Assembly: GCA_002633005.1 (NCBI GenBank) | Contig: NMRA01000532.1 | Span: forward strand, 1,401-65,400 | Origin: Phoronis australis | Taxonomy: Eukaryota > Animalia > Phoronida | Direction: 5' to 3' | Length of the DNA stretch: 64,000 bases | In this document: positions 1 through 11,307 of the stretch, in pieces | Position numbering within the stretch: position 1 is the stretch's first letter | Layout of the letters: each line of letters starts with the position of its first letter | Position numbers and translations under genes: made by a program | Notes under the pieces: generated by a model | Database searches by the model: none | What the model was told of the DNA's origin: nothing | Seen by the model: only the letters and a program-made list of their open reading frames with translations

Positions 1-108
1 CGCTAATTCTGTCATCATGTTGGGGAATTCCAGGTCGTTCTGGTTGATCACTGTGCTGTGTACTGTGCTGTCCGCATATCAACTGTGCATGTATCGGCGA
101 CTGTCCAT

Positions 109-381
109 NNNNNNNNNNNNNNNNNNNNNNNNNNNNNNNNNNNNNNNNNNNNNNNNNNNNNNNNNNNNNNNNNNNNNNNNNNNNNNNNNNNNNNNNNNNN
201 NNNNNNNNNNNNNNNNNNNNNNNNNNNNNNNNNNNNNNNNNNNNNNNNNNNNNNNNNNNNNNNNNNNNNNNNNNNNNNNNNNNNNNNNNNNNNNNNNNNN
301 NNNNNNNNNNNNNNNNNNNNNNNNNNNNNNNNNNNNNNNNNNNNNNNNNNNNNNNNNNNNNNNNNNNNNNNNNNNNNNNNN
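109..381. other. Assembly gap (N run)
   Basis: Run of N; the 108 nt before it duplicate 717-824. Confidence 0.99.
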
Positions 382-654
382 ACAGATGAACTGAGGTTCA
401 GGGAGTTCTTTTACACGTACCTTTAGTGCTAATCATACTTAGAAGGTTTCACAGGCAAGTTTGGCCGAATGCCAAGAGCCCAAATTTACAAATTTTGACA
501 TTCAAATGTTCACACTTTGCGTAGTGTCCACATTTAATTTCTACACCTGCATGAGACTTTCATAAAAGTGTGTCTTTGGGAGTCCCAGTTTGCCAAAAAT
601 TTTAGCTCCAAAAATACTTATTTTGGTAACTCGTAATTTCATGTAAATCCATTT

Positions 655-2467
655 CACAGTTCACGACAACCACCCGAAGTAGTTTGGCAGATGGGCGAGG
701 AATTCATGGTCATAACCGCTAATTCTGTCATCATGTTGGGGAATTCCAGGTCGTTCTGGTTGATCACTGTGCTATGTACTGTGCTGTCCGCATATCAACT
801 GTGCATGTATCGGCGACTGTCCATTGATCGAAGATTGCCGTTTAATCTCTGAGTATCGGCTGTTCGTGTGTTGATGCCTTGGGTCAACTGGTCGCATATC
901 AACCATCCACTTCCCGAGGAATGTCTATACATTGAAGATCGCCATCTGCTGTCTACATATCGAACATTCACGTATCAAAGGAGCATTCAGATATCGAGGA
1001 TTGGTATCTTCTGTCCACAAACTGATTGTTCACGCATCAATGTCTGCCATCGGCTGTTCACATATCGATTGTCCACACACTGAGTAGCATCCCACATCAC
1101 GGATTGCCATCTGTCGTTCGCATGTCAACCTTCCACACATAGAGGAACGTCCACATATCCAGGATTGCCATCGACTGTTTGTGTATCGGCTACCCACACA
1201 TTGTGGAACTTCCAGACATTCGAGGATTGCCCTCTTCTGTCCGTATGTTGACCATCCACATATCGAGAACTGTTCATGTATCAAAGATTGCCATCTTCTG
1301 TGCACATGTCAACCATCCACACACTGAGAAATGTTCACTTATCAAGGATGACCTTCTACTGTCTACAAACCACCTGTTCACGCAACGATGTCTACCATCA
1401 GCCATTAGCATTTCGATCTTCTTCACATCAAGGAATGTTCACACATCTAGGATTTTCATCTCCCATCCTCCTGCTGACCATAGTTCCATTGATGTTTGCC
1501 CTTGATCATATGCATCTTGACTGTCCCCCCACCGGGATAGTCAATATGCATATGGTCAATGGACTGTATGTATAATGACTGTCCCGGTGGGGGGACAGTC
1601 ATTATGCATACGGTGGATGGCAGGCATCACTGGACACATGATCGGTAGGTGAATGGTAGTTGACGATTCTAGCTGTGTGAATGTTCCACGATGTGTGGAA
1701 GGTTGTTATGCGGATGGCCAATGGTAGATGTTGTTGTGGGAACAGTTGTTTTGTGGCCGGTAGATGGTGAACCTTGATGAGTGGATGTTTATCGGTGTGA
1801 AGGTGGTTGATATGTGTACGAAAGATGGCGATCCTTGATGCATGGACATTTCTTGGTATGGGGAAGGTTGACATATAGATAGTAGATGGTAATGCTTGAA
1901 TGAATGGATGTTCCACGATATGTGGGCTGTCGATATGCAAACAGTTGAAGGTAATCTTGGATATGGGATGTTCCACTATGCGTGGATGGTTGACATGTGT
2001 ACAACAGATGACAATCTTTGATGCTAGGATGTTTCTTGGTGTTTGGAGGATCGTCATGCGAACAGTTGATGACAGCCATTGATGTGCAAACAGTCGGTTT
2101 GTGGACAGAAGATGACGACCCTCGATGTGTGGATGCAGGCCTTGATATGTGAATGATCGGTATGTAGATGTTAGATGGTGAACTTTGATGCATGGATGTT
2201 CCTCGATGTGTGAATGGTTGACATGCGAACAGTTGATATCAGGTGTCGATGTTCGAACAGTTTTTATTTGGAGATTAGACGGAAGGCTTTGATGTATGGA
2301 CACTCTTTGATGCCTGCACAGTTGATATAGGGATTCCATAATACACTGCAAAGGGATCAGATGAATTGATCGAGAATTCACCAATAAGATGGCCGAATTA
2401 GCTCTAAGTGAACAGAACTTCCTGCTGATTCAGTCTCAGTACTTCTGCTGGCTACGTCGTAAACTAT
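655..2467. repeat. 1.8-kb imperfect palindrome (~900-bp arms, 4-nt loop at 1558-1561); arms largely built of ~61-bp tandem units
   Basis: Arms align colinearly from apex to ends (gctaattctgtcatcatgttggggaattc vs rc gctaattcggccatcttattggtgaattc); gattgcc-like anchor recurs at 1102, 1163, 1225, 1286 and 1347. Confidence 0.9.
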
Positions 2468-5400
2468 TAATATGTTTAACATCCATGTATCGAGAAATAT
2501 CCAAACTATTGTTTGTGCATTAATGATCGTGCACTATGATTGTTTGAAAAATGGATAAGGTCACTGGCAATTTGACAGTTTGGGTTAACAGCCATCCCCG
2601 ATTATCTCAAAAATTCTCCTTAGGCATTGATGCGCGGCTTAACTTGCATGTCACCGTGATGGGCACTTATCTTGTAGTTAATTTGGTGATTATCAGATCT
2701 TTTCAGCATGATGCCCTGTGGTAGTGTCGTCTGCTCACCATCCGTGTAACCTGGATCACCATCTGCAGACCTTCACCTATACTGATGCAAGTGTTAATGA
2801 GTTTCAAGACCGTGAGTTGTGTTATGACAATGTTGTTACTGTATAAAAAAGAACTGAAGGTGTTCAGGGACACCAATCCCTAGTTTCAGCCATTCACTCT
2901 AGTAAAGAGGATGATGGGATTGCAGATGGCTATATGTACCGTCAACAATCTGACTTCCAGCATCAGCACATATGATTGACAGCTATCGATGGGCAAGGTA
3001 ATATGAATGTATGAGGACATGTTTAGGATGAGTGTGACAATATGCCGAGGCATGAATGTGATGATGACGACAACGATGTACGTGAGTGTGTGCATTATGA
3101 GTTTTTTGCATGACGGGATGTCAATCAAGTTAAATAGGTAAAAGTCTTCCTCGTGAAAATGGTAAAACTTTCCTGTCAATTTTTTTCACGACAGGATGTC
3201 CATCAGGTTAAAGGGGTAAAATCTTCCCCCATGAAAAGCTGAAACTTTCGTTGAGTTTTCTCAACAGAGGATGTTACTTGAGGGGAGATTAGCGCCACTG
3301 CTACTGAACTGAAGAAACAGCGGATCATTAAATTCAGTCTTGCAAACTGGGTAAAGTCTTGCCTGGTGGGTTGATGACAATTCTTTAAGTGTCAGTGGTT
3401 AATGAATCCAGAACGTGTGACGAATTAATTGTGAAATGATATGAAACTGAAGAACCCATGATATGCTGTGACTAAATTGAAACCATTGAGTGACAAAGCT
3501 AATTGCGAAAAATAAATGAACCCAAAACATACGAAAATTAATGAACCAAGGAAGTGCGAGTTAATGACAAAAACCTGAAAAAGAGTGTAAACCAAACGAA
3601 ACTATGAAATATGAAAAATTGATGGACCAATGAAATGGGAAACTTTAATGAATTCATAAATTATCACAAGGCTTAGAAGGTGTAACGAACCAACTGAACT
3701 TGTAAAATGAGAGGGTGACATATAAAGACATGCTGGTAAAAACCCACTTGAAAAAGCAAGAACCCATAAAATGTTGAGTGTGATGAATAAAATGGGAGAA
3801 ATAACTGAATCCACAGAATGTGAGAATTTATGAATGAACAAAATGCTACTCAAACAAACCTGTGGTTGCCCAAATTAAACGCAAGCGATAAATCTGTAAA
3901 ATGCTATGACTAAATAAAACCACTGAGAGCAATGAAGGAAAATGTGAAAAACAAATGGAGGAAATACCAGGGTATATTCACACACTGTAAATAAGTTAAG
4001 TCTGGACTGTTGAGTAAAGGTACTAAATTCTTTGCCATCAATATGTTTCCAGGTAAAAGAGAAATTCCTTACCCCAAGGAAATTCGAGGAGATGAAAGCA
4101 AACAAAGTGGGCTGGAACAGCGACTAGTTATTGAATTTGTAAAATCTGAAAAATTAAAGAAAAGTGCAAAAACAGGATGATCTTGTAATGAAATGAGAAA
4201 ATTAAGAAAACCACAATAGACATTGAAAAATTTACAAAATGTGTATAAAATGATCGCTAAAAAACAAAAAGTAAAGTACAGTCATGGATGAGTGAAGGGA
4301 TTAATTGCTAAAAAGTCATGAAACAGGTGTTCAGTGATGAACTTGAAATTATGCAAAAATTACCAATTATTGAATTACTAGGTCATAAGGCAATGATCCC
4401 ACCAAAATGAAATGGCAAAATGCGATGGACGTAATGAACACACCAAATAGATGAACTTGCAAAATGTGGTATTACTGATGCACAAGGACACCTATATGCT
4501 GGCAAAAACCAGTTAATATAAGAAAAATTTGCTAAGCTAATGAAACTTTAATTAATGGAACGAGCGAATGATGACTATGTAAAACGAGTCCTGTAGCAGG
4601 ACTGATAGACCAACAAAGGTGCAGAGAGGAATTGTTTGATAAAAGAACAGTCATCTGATCAGCTATATCTGGAATACATGAGAATAATAACTCGGTGAGA
4701 GAAAGCTTATGCATATGGTAGACAGTGCTTGATGAGATCCATTGTCGACATGCCAAGTTTAGGTAAATACTATCAAGGAAAGCAGGAGATACAACACAGA
4801 TAATCAATAAAAGGAACAGGACCCCTTGGAAAATCTCAAGAACTGAAAGTCTACGAAAAACAATTGGCAAAATTCAGATGGTAGTACTTTATGCAACCTT
4901 ATTCATACACCAAATTTCAAAAAATCCCATGTTTCCGTAATGCAGCAAACTGAGAAATAGATGTCACTGCACCATCTCGCATCACTCAAACAATAGGCCT
5001 TGAGCTAATACAGTAACCTGGAGTGTGAATTTCATGTCGATCTAGTAGGTGAAAAAGTGACCTGTAGCACGAGTGTCATACAAACATAGGTGCAGAAAGG
5101 AATTGGTTAATAACAGAGCAGTCATCTGAATATTGAGTATTTCAATAACAGTAAGTTGAATTAAAACTAATACTGCAACGCATATATCACTTCATGAGGT
5201 CCAGCCATCTGCCTAACTTCAGAAAAATACAGCAATGCCACATCTTGGCAATGTGAAATATCGAAAAACGGCCATCACATGCCATCTTGAATTCCAACCA
5301 AAAACAGTTGAGCTTGAGCTATGAACAAGATGCATGTCAACTGGATAAGAAATTCGACCTGTTGCATGATGGTAGTATGATAGAGCAACACTAAGGCTTT

Positions 5401-8400
5401 GTCAATAAAAGAACAATGATCTAAAGAGAAGAGCAAATTTGAGTGAGAAGCATAAGATGCAGTGCTTGACAAAATTGTTTACATATTAATCATTTTGAGA
5501 AAGATTCATCGAGGGATGCCAGCATGAAAAGTCATTCAACTGAACAGCTGTACCCGAAAAATCCTGAATAACGCGAGATCTGTTGTTGCAAAAGCTAGAT
5601 AGACTATTTATGATAGTCTGCTCTTGAAGAGATTCATCCACATTTACCAACTTTCAAAGAATTTTTTTTCTCCCATTGATGATAGAGCTGTAGCTTCACC
5701 AATCAAAATATCCAAAACAATTGGCCTTTAACTTTGAATGAGACAGTTGTGCGTAATTACATGTTAAGTGGATAAGAAATGCTGTCTGTATCATGCAAAC
5801 AAAGATAAGAAGGTACTCATCCTCTCTTTAATATGTTTGACTAGAGACATCTAATTTATGTTTGGCATATGTGCCGTAATGAACATAGACCATGCGTCAG
5901 GGAAGGTCTGTTATCAGAAATAAATAGGATAGATGGATTTGGGAAAATGTCATTTATTATGATGCAACAGTGAAAATAATGCAAAATACAGTCTTTGAAA
6001 AGAAGGGCATAAAAAATAATAAACAAGAGATGTTTGGGACAGTGCAGGCTCATCTGAGACTAATAGGTTTTTAAGGTGCTGCTCTGAATGGATTTGCCTT
6101 GTGTTATCAACTGTTTCGGACGTTCGGGGTGCCGAAGTGTAGTACATTTCTATACATACATTTTAACATGTAGCAGAGAAGTGTAATAAACCAATAGAAC
6201 TTGCAAGTCTGTTTTTGACTTGCAAAACCAGCTATTTGAGAGATCTGACAACCATTTCAAGGCTATTGTGTGTGAGTTGAATTTTTCGAGACCACTGAAA
6301 AGTTTGCGAAACCAATGCTGAAAAAGTGAACTACACCATTGAACTTAGACGTGGAATGAAGGCATCGAAATAGCCTTCACTTGGAACCGAATCATAAACT
6401 GAGAATCTAGTATACTACGTTCGAACAGTATGTAACATTAACTTTCAACTTGCATAAAGGTTCTTATGGATGAGTACTGTGCGAATTCAAGGCAGATACG
6501 GATCGTATCATTGAGACAATCATTTCTAGCTGTTCAGAAGCAGTAAAAATGAAACTGACTGAAACTGAGTAATCTCAACTGAGACTTGACTGTGGACAAA
6601 ACTACAGCACATACTGCCTAATGTCTTCTCAAGTTTGTAGTATGGACGAGTTGCTGTTCAAACAAATTGTAAGACTGCGTAGACATCAGTCCCACCCATG
6701 TATACAGTGCCACATCCCCAAGTTGTGATAATGAAAATCACCAGGCAAGAACTTTGCAAAAACCAAACCATGAACTGATGAGTTTATACCTGTCATATTT
6801 GAGTGCGCGTGATGCGAAGGTTGTCGAGATGGGTAATAAAAAGTGCAGCACTTGGGTAAGAGAAACCACCGAAAAAGGGGGTAGTAATGGGTGGGAAAAA
6901 ATGAAGAGAGATTAAACTCAAATGCAAGTGCTGCTAATGCGAAGGAATGACAGGAAACATATGGTTACTGAGAACAAAAGGCACGTGATAATCATCAACC
7001 TATAGGTGCCAGAAGCGACCAAACTCGAGGCACAAGACAGAAACAACCAATAGTGAGCCTGGGAAAGAAATGTCCTAGTGCGCTGTGTGTGTGTGCAAAA
7101 GAGCCATATGCGAATCTACACAAGCGATTAATGGACCAGTCCGGAAGCAGGAAAAAGGGGTTCATATTCTCACATTAATATGTTTAACGAGTGAAACAGT
7201 ATTTACATTTGAAGTATGTCTCGAAAATAAAAGGTGTGTCGCAAGCTGTTTCCAGAGATAAAAGGAGACCTGATATAAAAATTGTAAAATTATGGAATTC
7301 ATTGTCACTGACAAGTAATTTACCATGTGTTGCGTTTGTGAGAAAAAAAAGTGTGATTCTTTGTTGAATTGCGCCAAACACCATTGTATAATATGTTGGT
7401 GCAACAAAATAGGGACTTGACCACTGCTTGTCACAATGAACTAAAGGCATTATTAATTGAACAAAACAATGCATCAAGTTAATGGAGTTTTGTGAAATGC
7501 AATAATTGAATGTGTCTGTAGAGTGTCATTAAATAAACAGAGAAATAAATGACCTGTAAAATACTAAATATAATTGAATTCATGAAATTGAGGGAAATAA
7601 AATTCTGCAATCTCATTGATAAACAAGCGTTTCAAGTGGTAAAGAATCCATGAAATGCATCAAGTAAATGGCGTCTTGAGCTACAGCAAGATAATGAAAC
7701 TGAAATTACATGAATTAATGAACTCTCAAATGTGTAAAATGCAGCTATCGAAGGAATGTATTTAATGATAAATCATTAAAAGTTGAGAAATTATTGGTTT
7801 GTTAAAAGCAGTTTTGGAGTACGGAACAAATTAATAATCCCTCAAAATATCACAATCATTAAGCTGTTGTAGTATGACAGAACCCGTAAAATGAACTCAA
7901 TATAGTGTGAAGAAGCAAAATTCTAACTATAAGTGAATCTATAAAATGTAAAAAACAAGTGACCCACAAAAGACGAGTTAATAAACAAGTACAACATGAG
8001 GGTAACCGTAAACGTGAGGGTAACCAAAGTCTCGGAAATTTAAATCGTAAGATGCATCATGGAGTGAAGAAGTAGTGCATCAATTTCCGTGAAGTACGAC
8101 AATTTAATGACTCTGTAGACTGTCATGAAATGAACACAGAAATAAATAACCTGTAAAATTTCAAAAATAAGGAACTGGAACTTGGGAATTAATGAACCCC
8201 TAATCTGTCGGGGATAAAGAAACATTTCATGTGGTAAAGGACCAAGATATGCAACAAATCAATAGGGACCTGAGGTACTGCCAAGTGAATGATATTGGGA
8301 AATTTCTTTGAATAAATGAATCTTCAAAACGTGTTGAATGAACAAGCTGACAACTGATTGAGCCCATCAAATGCATTGAATTACTGAATTCTTAAAATTT

Positions 8401-9302
8401 ATGAAATGAACAATTAAGTGCAAAGTAATGAATTAATACAGCCAGAATGTGGTACATTGAAAGTAAATTGAAATTGGATTAAATAAACAAGTGAAAAAAG
8501 GAAAGTAGGGATGGTGAATGAGCAGGTGAAAACAAACCAAATAGCGAATTGACTTTAAATTCAGCTCAAGGAAACACGTTGATCAAACGTGGCTATCAAA
8601 AACCATAGCCTTCTTTACATCAGTATTCTTTCAAGGAACTGACAGACACAGCTCTGGCTAAAACTAAAGTTCATTCACTGTCCTGAGGCTTAAGGGCAAT
8701 GCAGCATTTTTTTCTGCGAGAAGTCATCTGCTAGCATTTGATTCGGTTTACATTTATTTTATGCTGCATCGAATGGTGGTTCCTTTTTTCACAAACTATA
8801 AAATTATGGAATTCTTTGTTGTCGCTGACAATTATCATTGTGTCTCCATTATGTGAGTGAAGCAAGTTGCGTTTCTTGGTTGGATTGAGTCATACACCAG
8901 TGTATAACATGCTGAAACAACACAATGTGTGATTTTGTGTACACAACAAGTTATAAGAGAAATCTTAAATGTTAAGCGAATGAAAAATAGAGACAGCTCA
9001 TTGAACCAATCAAATGCATTGAATTACTGAATTCTGAAAACTTCTAAAATTAACAATTAAGTGCAAAGTCAAAAATTAATACAGCCAGAACATAGTACAT
9101 TGAAAGTAAATTAAATTAATCGAAAGTGCAAAATAAACATGTGAAAAAAGGAAAGTAGGGATGGTGAATGACCAGGTGACAAAAGATGAATAGCAAATTG
9201 ACTTTAAATTCAGCCCAAGGAAACATGTTGACCAAACATGGCTATCAAAACTGTAGCCTTATTTACATCAGTATTCTTCAAAGGAACTGACAGACTCACC
9301 TG

Positions 9303-9636
9303 GGCCCGGTCTCCAATCTTTTTACTCGAAATGGAACTCGAAATTAGGTTTGGCATTTCTACACTACTTTTGGGCAAACTCAAGATAAGTGTCTATTATT
9401 CTATGCTCGAGTACACAATAACTTACGTAGATAATTTATTGACGTTAGTTCACATTTTGTAAACCCAATATTAAAGCAATTAAAGAAATTTCGAGTTTTT
9501 ACTCGAGTTTGCATAAACTACTATATATTCGAGCACAATCTGACAACCAATTATCTTAAGTTTGCACAAAAGGAGCAGAGAAATTGCCAAAAATAGTTTC
9601 AAGTTCGTTTCGAGTACAAAGATTAGAGACCGGGCC
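9303..9636. mobile_element. MITE, PIF/Harbinger-like (~60-bp TIR GGCCCGGTCTC.AATCTTT.TACTCGAAA, CWG target)
   Basis: TIRs at both ends; flanked by CTG/CAG; empty site ctctggttaaaac present in the paralogous module at ~50211. Confidence 0.85.
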
Positions 9637-10055
9637 CAGGTTAAAACTAAATTCATTCACTGTCCTGAGGCTTAAGGGCATGCAGCATTTTTTTCAATAC
9701 TCTATTGGGAGAAGTGATTTGGTTGGGTTTACAATTATTTTATGCTGCATCAAGTGCTGGTTCCTTTTTTCACAAATTGTAAAATTATGGAATTCAGTGT
9801 TATCACTGACAATTGCCATTTTGTCTCCATTATATGAGGAAAGCAACTTGTGTTTCTTGGTTGGATTGTGCCATACACCAGACTGAGTGTATAACATGCT
9901 GAAACAGCACAATGAGTGATTTTGTGTACACCACAAGTTATAAGAGTGATCTTAACAAACCAAAGAATGTAATGAAATTAGAAAGGAGTAATGCTTCATG
10001 AATAGAACAAATAAGTGCATTGAATTAATGGAGCTGTGTGAAATGGCACAAAGGA

Positions 10056-10265
10056 CCTCTGATTCGTCGATTCAATCGAGGCCTCTGATTGGTCGATTGA
10101 ATCGAGGCCTCTGATTGGTCGATTGAATCGAGGCCTCTGATTGGTCGGTTGAATCGAGGCCTCTGATTGGTCGATTCAATCGAGGCCTCTGATTGGTCGG
10201 TTGAATCGAGGCCTCTGATTGGTCGATTCAATCGAGGCCTCTGATTGGTCGATTGAATCGAGGCC
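10056..10265. repeat. 26-bp minisatellite (cctctgattggtcg[a/g]tt[c/g]aatcgagg), ~8 units
   Basis: Direct tandem units. Confidence 0.97.
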
Positions 10266-10683
10266 AGTTGAATCAGATGAATGAAGGTAAAGAATTGTAC
10301 TTCAAATGAATTAATGACAGTGTTTCATTTTTATGTGCCTATATAAACATATACATATCATATGGGCGTCGAGTGTCTGCTACTATATCTCCTAAGCCGC
10401 TAGCACGATCTTTATGAGATTTGGGGGATGTGTTTCTGTGAAGCTGACGACAGATATGACGACAAGTTTTGGACAGATCCAGTCACAGCTGTACTCCTTA
10501 GAAATAATTCTCTTTTTACCATTTGCGTCTGTACCTTTGGGGTTGCTTGTCGGATTTTCATATAATTTCACAAACAAGTATGGGGGAGTTGGCAAGCTCT
10601 TCCCACCTGCAAACGGGTTTGACAAATTTTGTAGTACCTAATGCTTACCACCCTAGGAAGCATACTGTTTGCGATGCAGTCGT

Positions 10684-10836
10684 CAGTGGCGGATTTTGAG
10701 GGGGGGCCAAGTGGGCTATGCTCCCCTAAAATTCTCCGAGATTCCATTTGGCAGTTCGGGGGTGCGATTGTCTGACGGGCAACATCCCGGCAAATACTTG
10801 GCCCTGACCCCCACCCAAAATCTGGATCCATTGCTG
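10684..10836. mobile_element. Short MITE with CAGTGGCGGAT-type TIR and 5-bp TSD GTCGT
   Basis: gtcgt|cagtggcggatttt ... ggatccattgctg|gtcgt. Confidence 0.7.
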
Positions 10837-11207
10837 GTCGTTGGAACATTTCAGTGCTTTGTATTCTTGTTAAATATCTGGTGATTTGACTGTGAACGAG
10901 TGCAATTTGAAAAAACACTTGGACAATTTACGTAAACTTTAAATATATCGGCAAATCTATGCAGTATGACAAATACTGTACTGGAAAATTACAAAATTTA
11001 ATTCTATAGGGTATTACACTTTTGGACTTGATACTCAATCTGTCCATGACTGTCAAGACTAAGGCCTTGACTTATTCTAGTCTTCTAGTCAACACTACAA
11101 TGCAGATTTTGCTTCTTAGCTCCGTGTTCAGTTGGATCTAACTATCCAAGTTGAAGTCCAGTGGGTACTGTGACATATTGTGTTATATCTATAATTGTTC
11201 CTTATAG

Positions 11208-11307
11208 AGGATATGTGCGGCAAGTTTACCTTTGCTGCACCAAGCTATTCTGTTCTGGAGAGTGCTGGCACGCTAGAAGTGGATGTGTTGTTTCACCGCA
11301 AGAAAAT
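11208..11307 (+). CDS. SLC8A: NCX exon: start of CBD1 ([32 protein letters not shown])
   Basis: cttatag acceptor, gtgagt donor; peptide matches Calx-beta strands A-B (NCX1 FFEQGTYQCLENCGTV). Confidence 0.85.

Larger units (their letters stand above)
382..10265 (+). repeat. Giant modular non-coding repeat, copy 1 (left end lost in the gap; right end in the 26-bp satellite)
   Basis: Near-identical over long tracts to 41225-48830 and 51990-53740 (+), and to 54450-64000 (-); no intact long ORF. Confidence 0.9.

Noticed and set aside
1-426. ORFs 17-394 and 58-426, and duplication of 1-108 at 717-824
   Set aside because: The ORFs are read through N; the duplication abuts the gap and is most simply a contig overlap artefact.
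868-2384. His/Ile/Cys-rich ORFs up to 260 aa in the palindrome
   Set aside because: They arise from ~61-bp (non-triplet) tandem units, occur in several frames on both strands, and the 260-aa ORF is split by a stop in copy 2.
382-10265. Giant repeat as an autonomous Polinton/Maverick, Helitron, LTR element or endogenous virus
   Set aside because: No intact or clearly recognisable polymerase, integrase, Rep/helicase, RT or capsid ORF in any copy, and the termini are unresolved.
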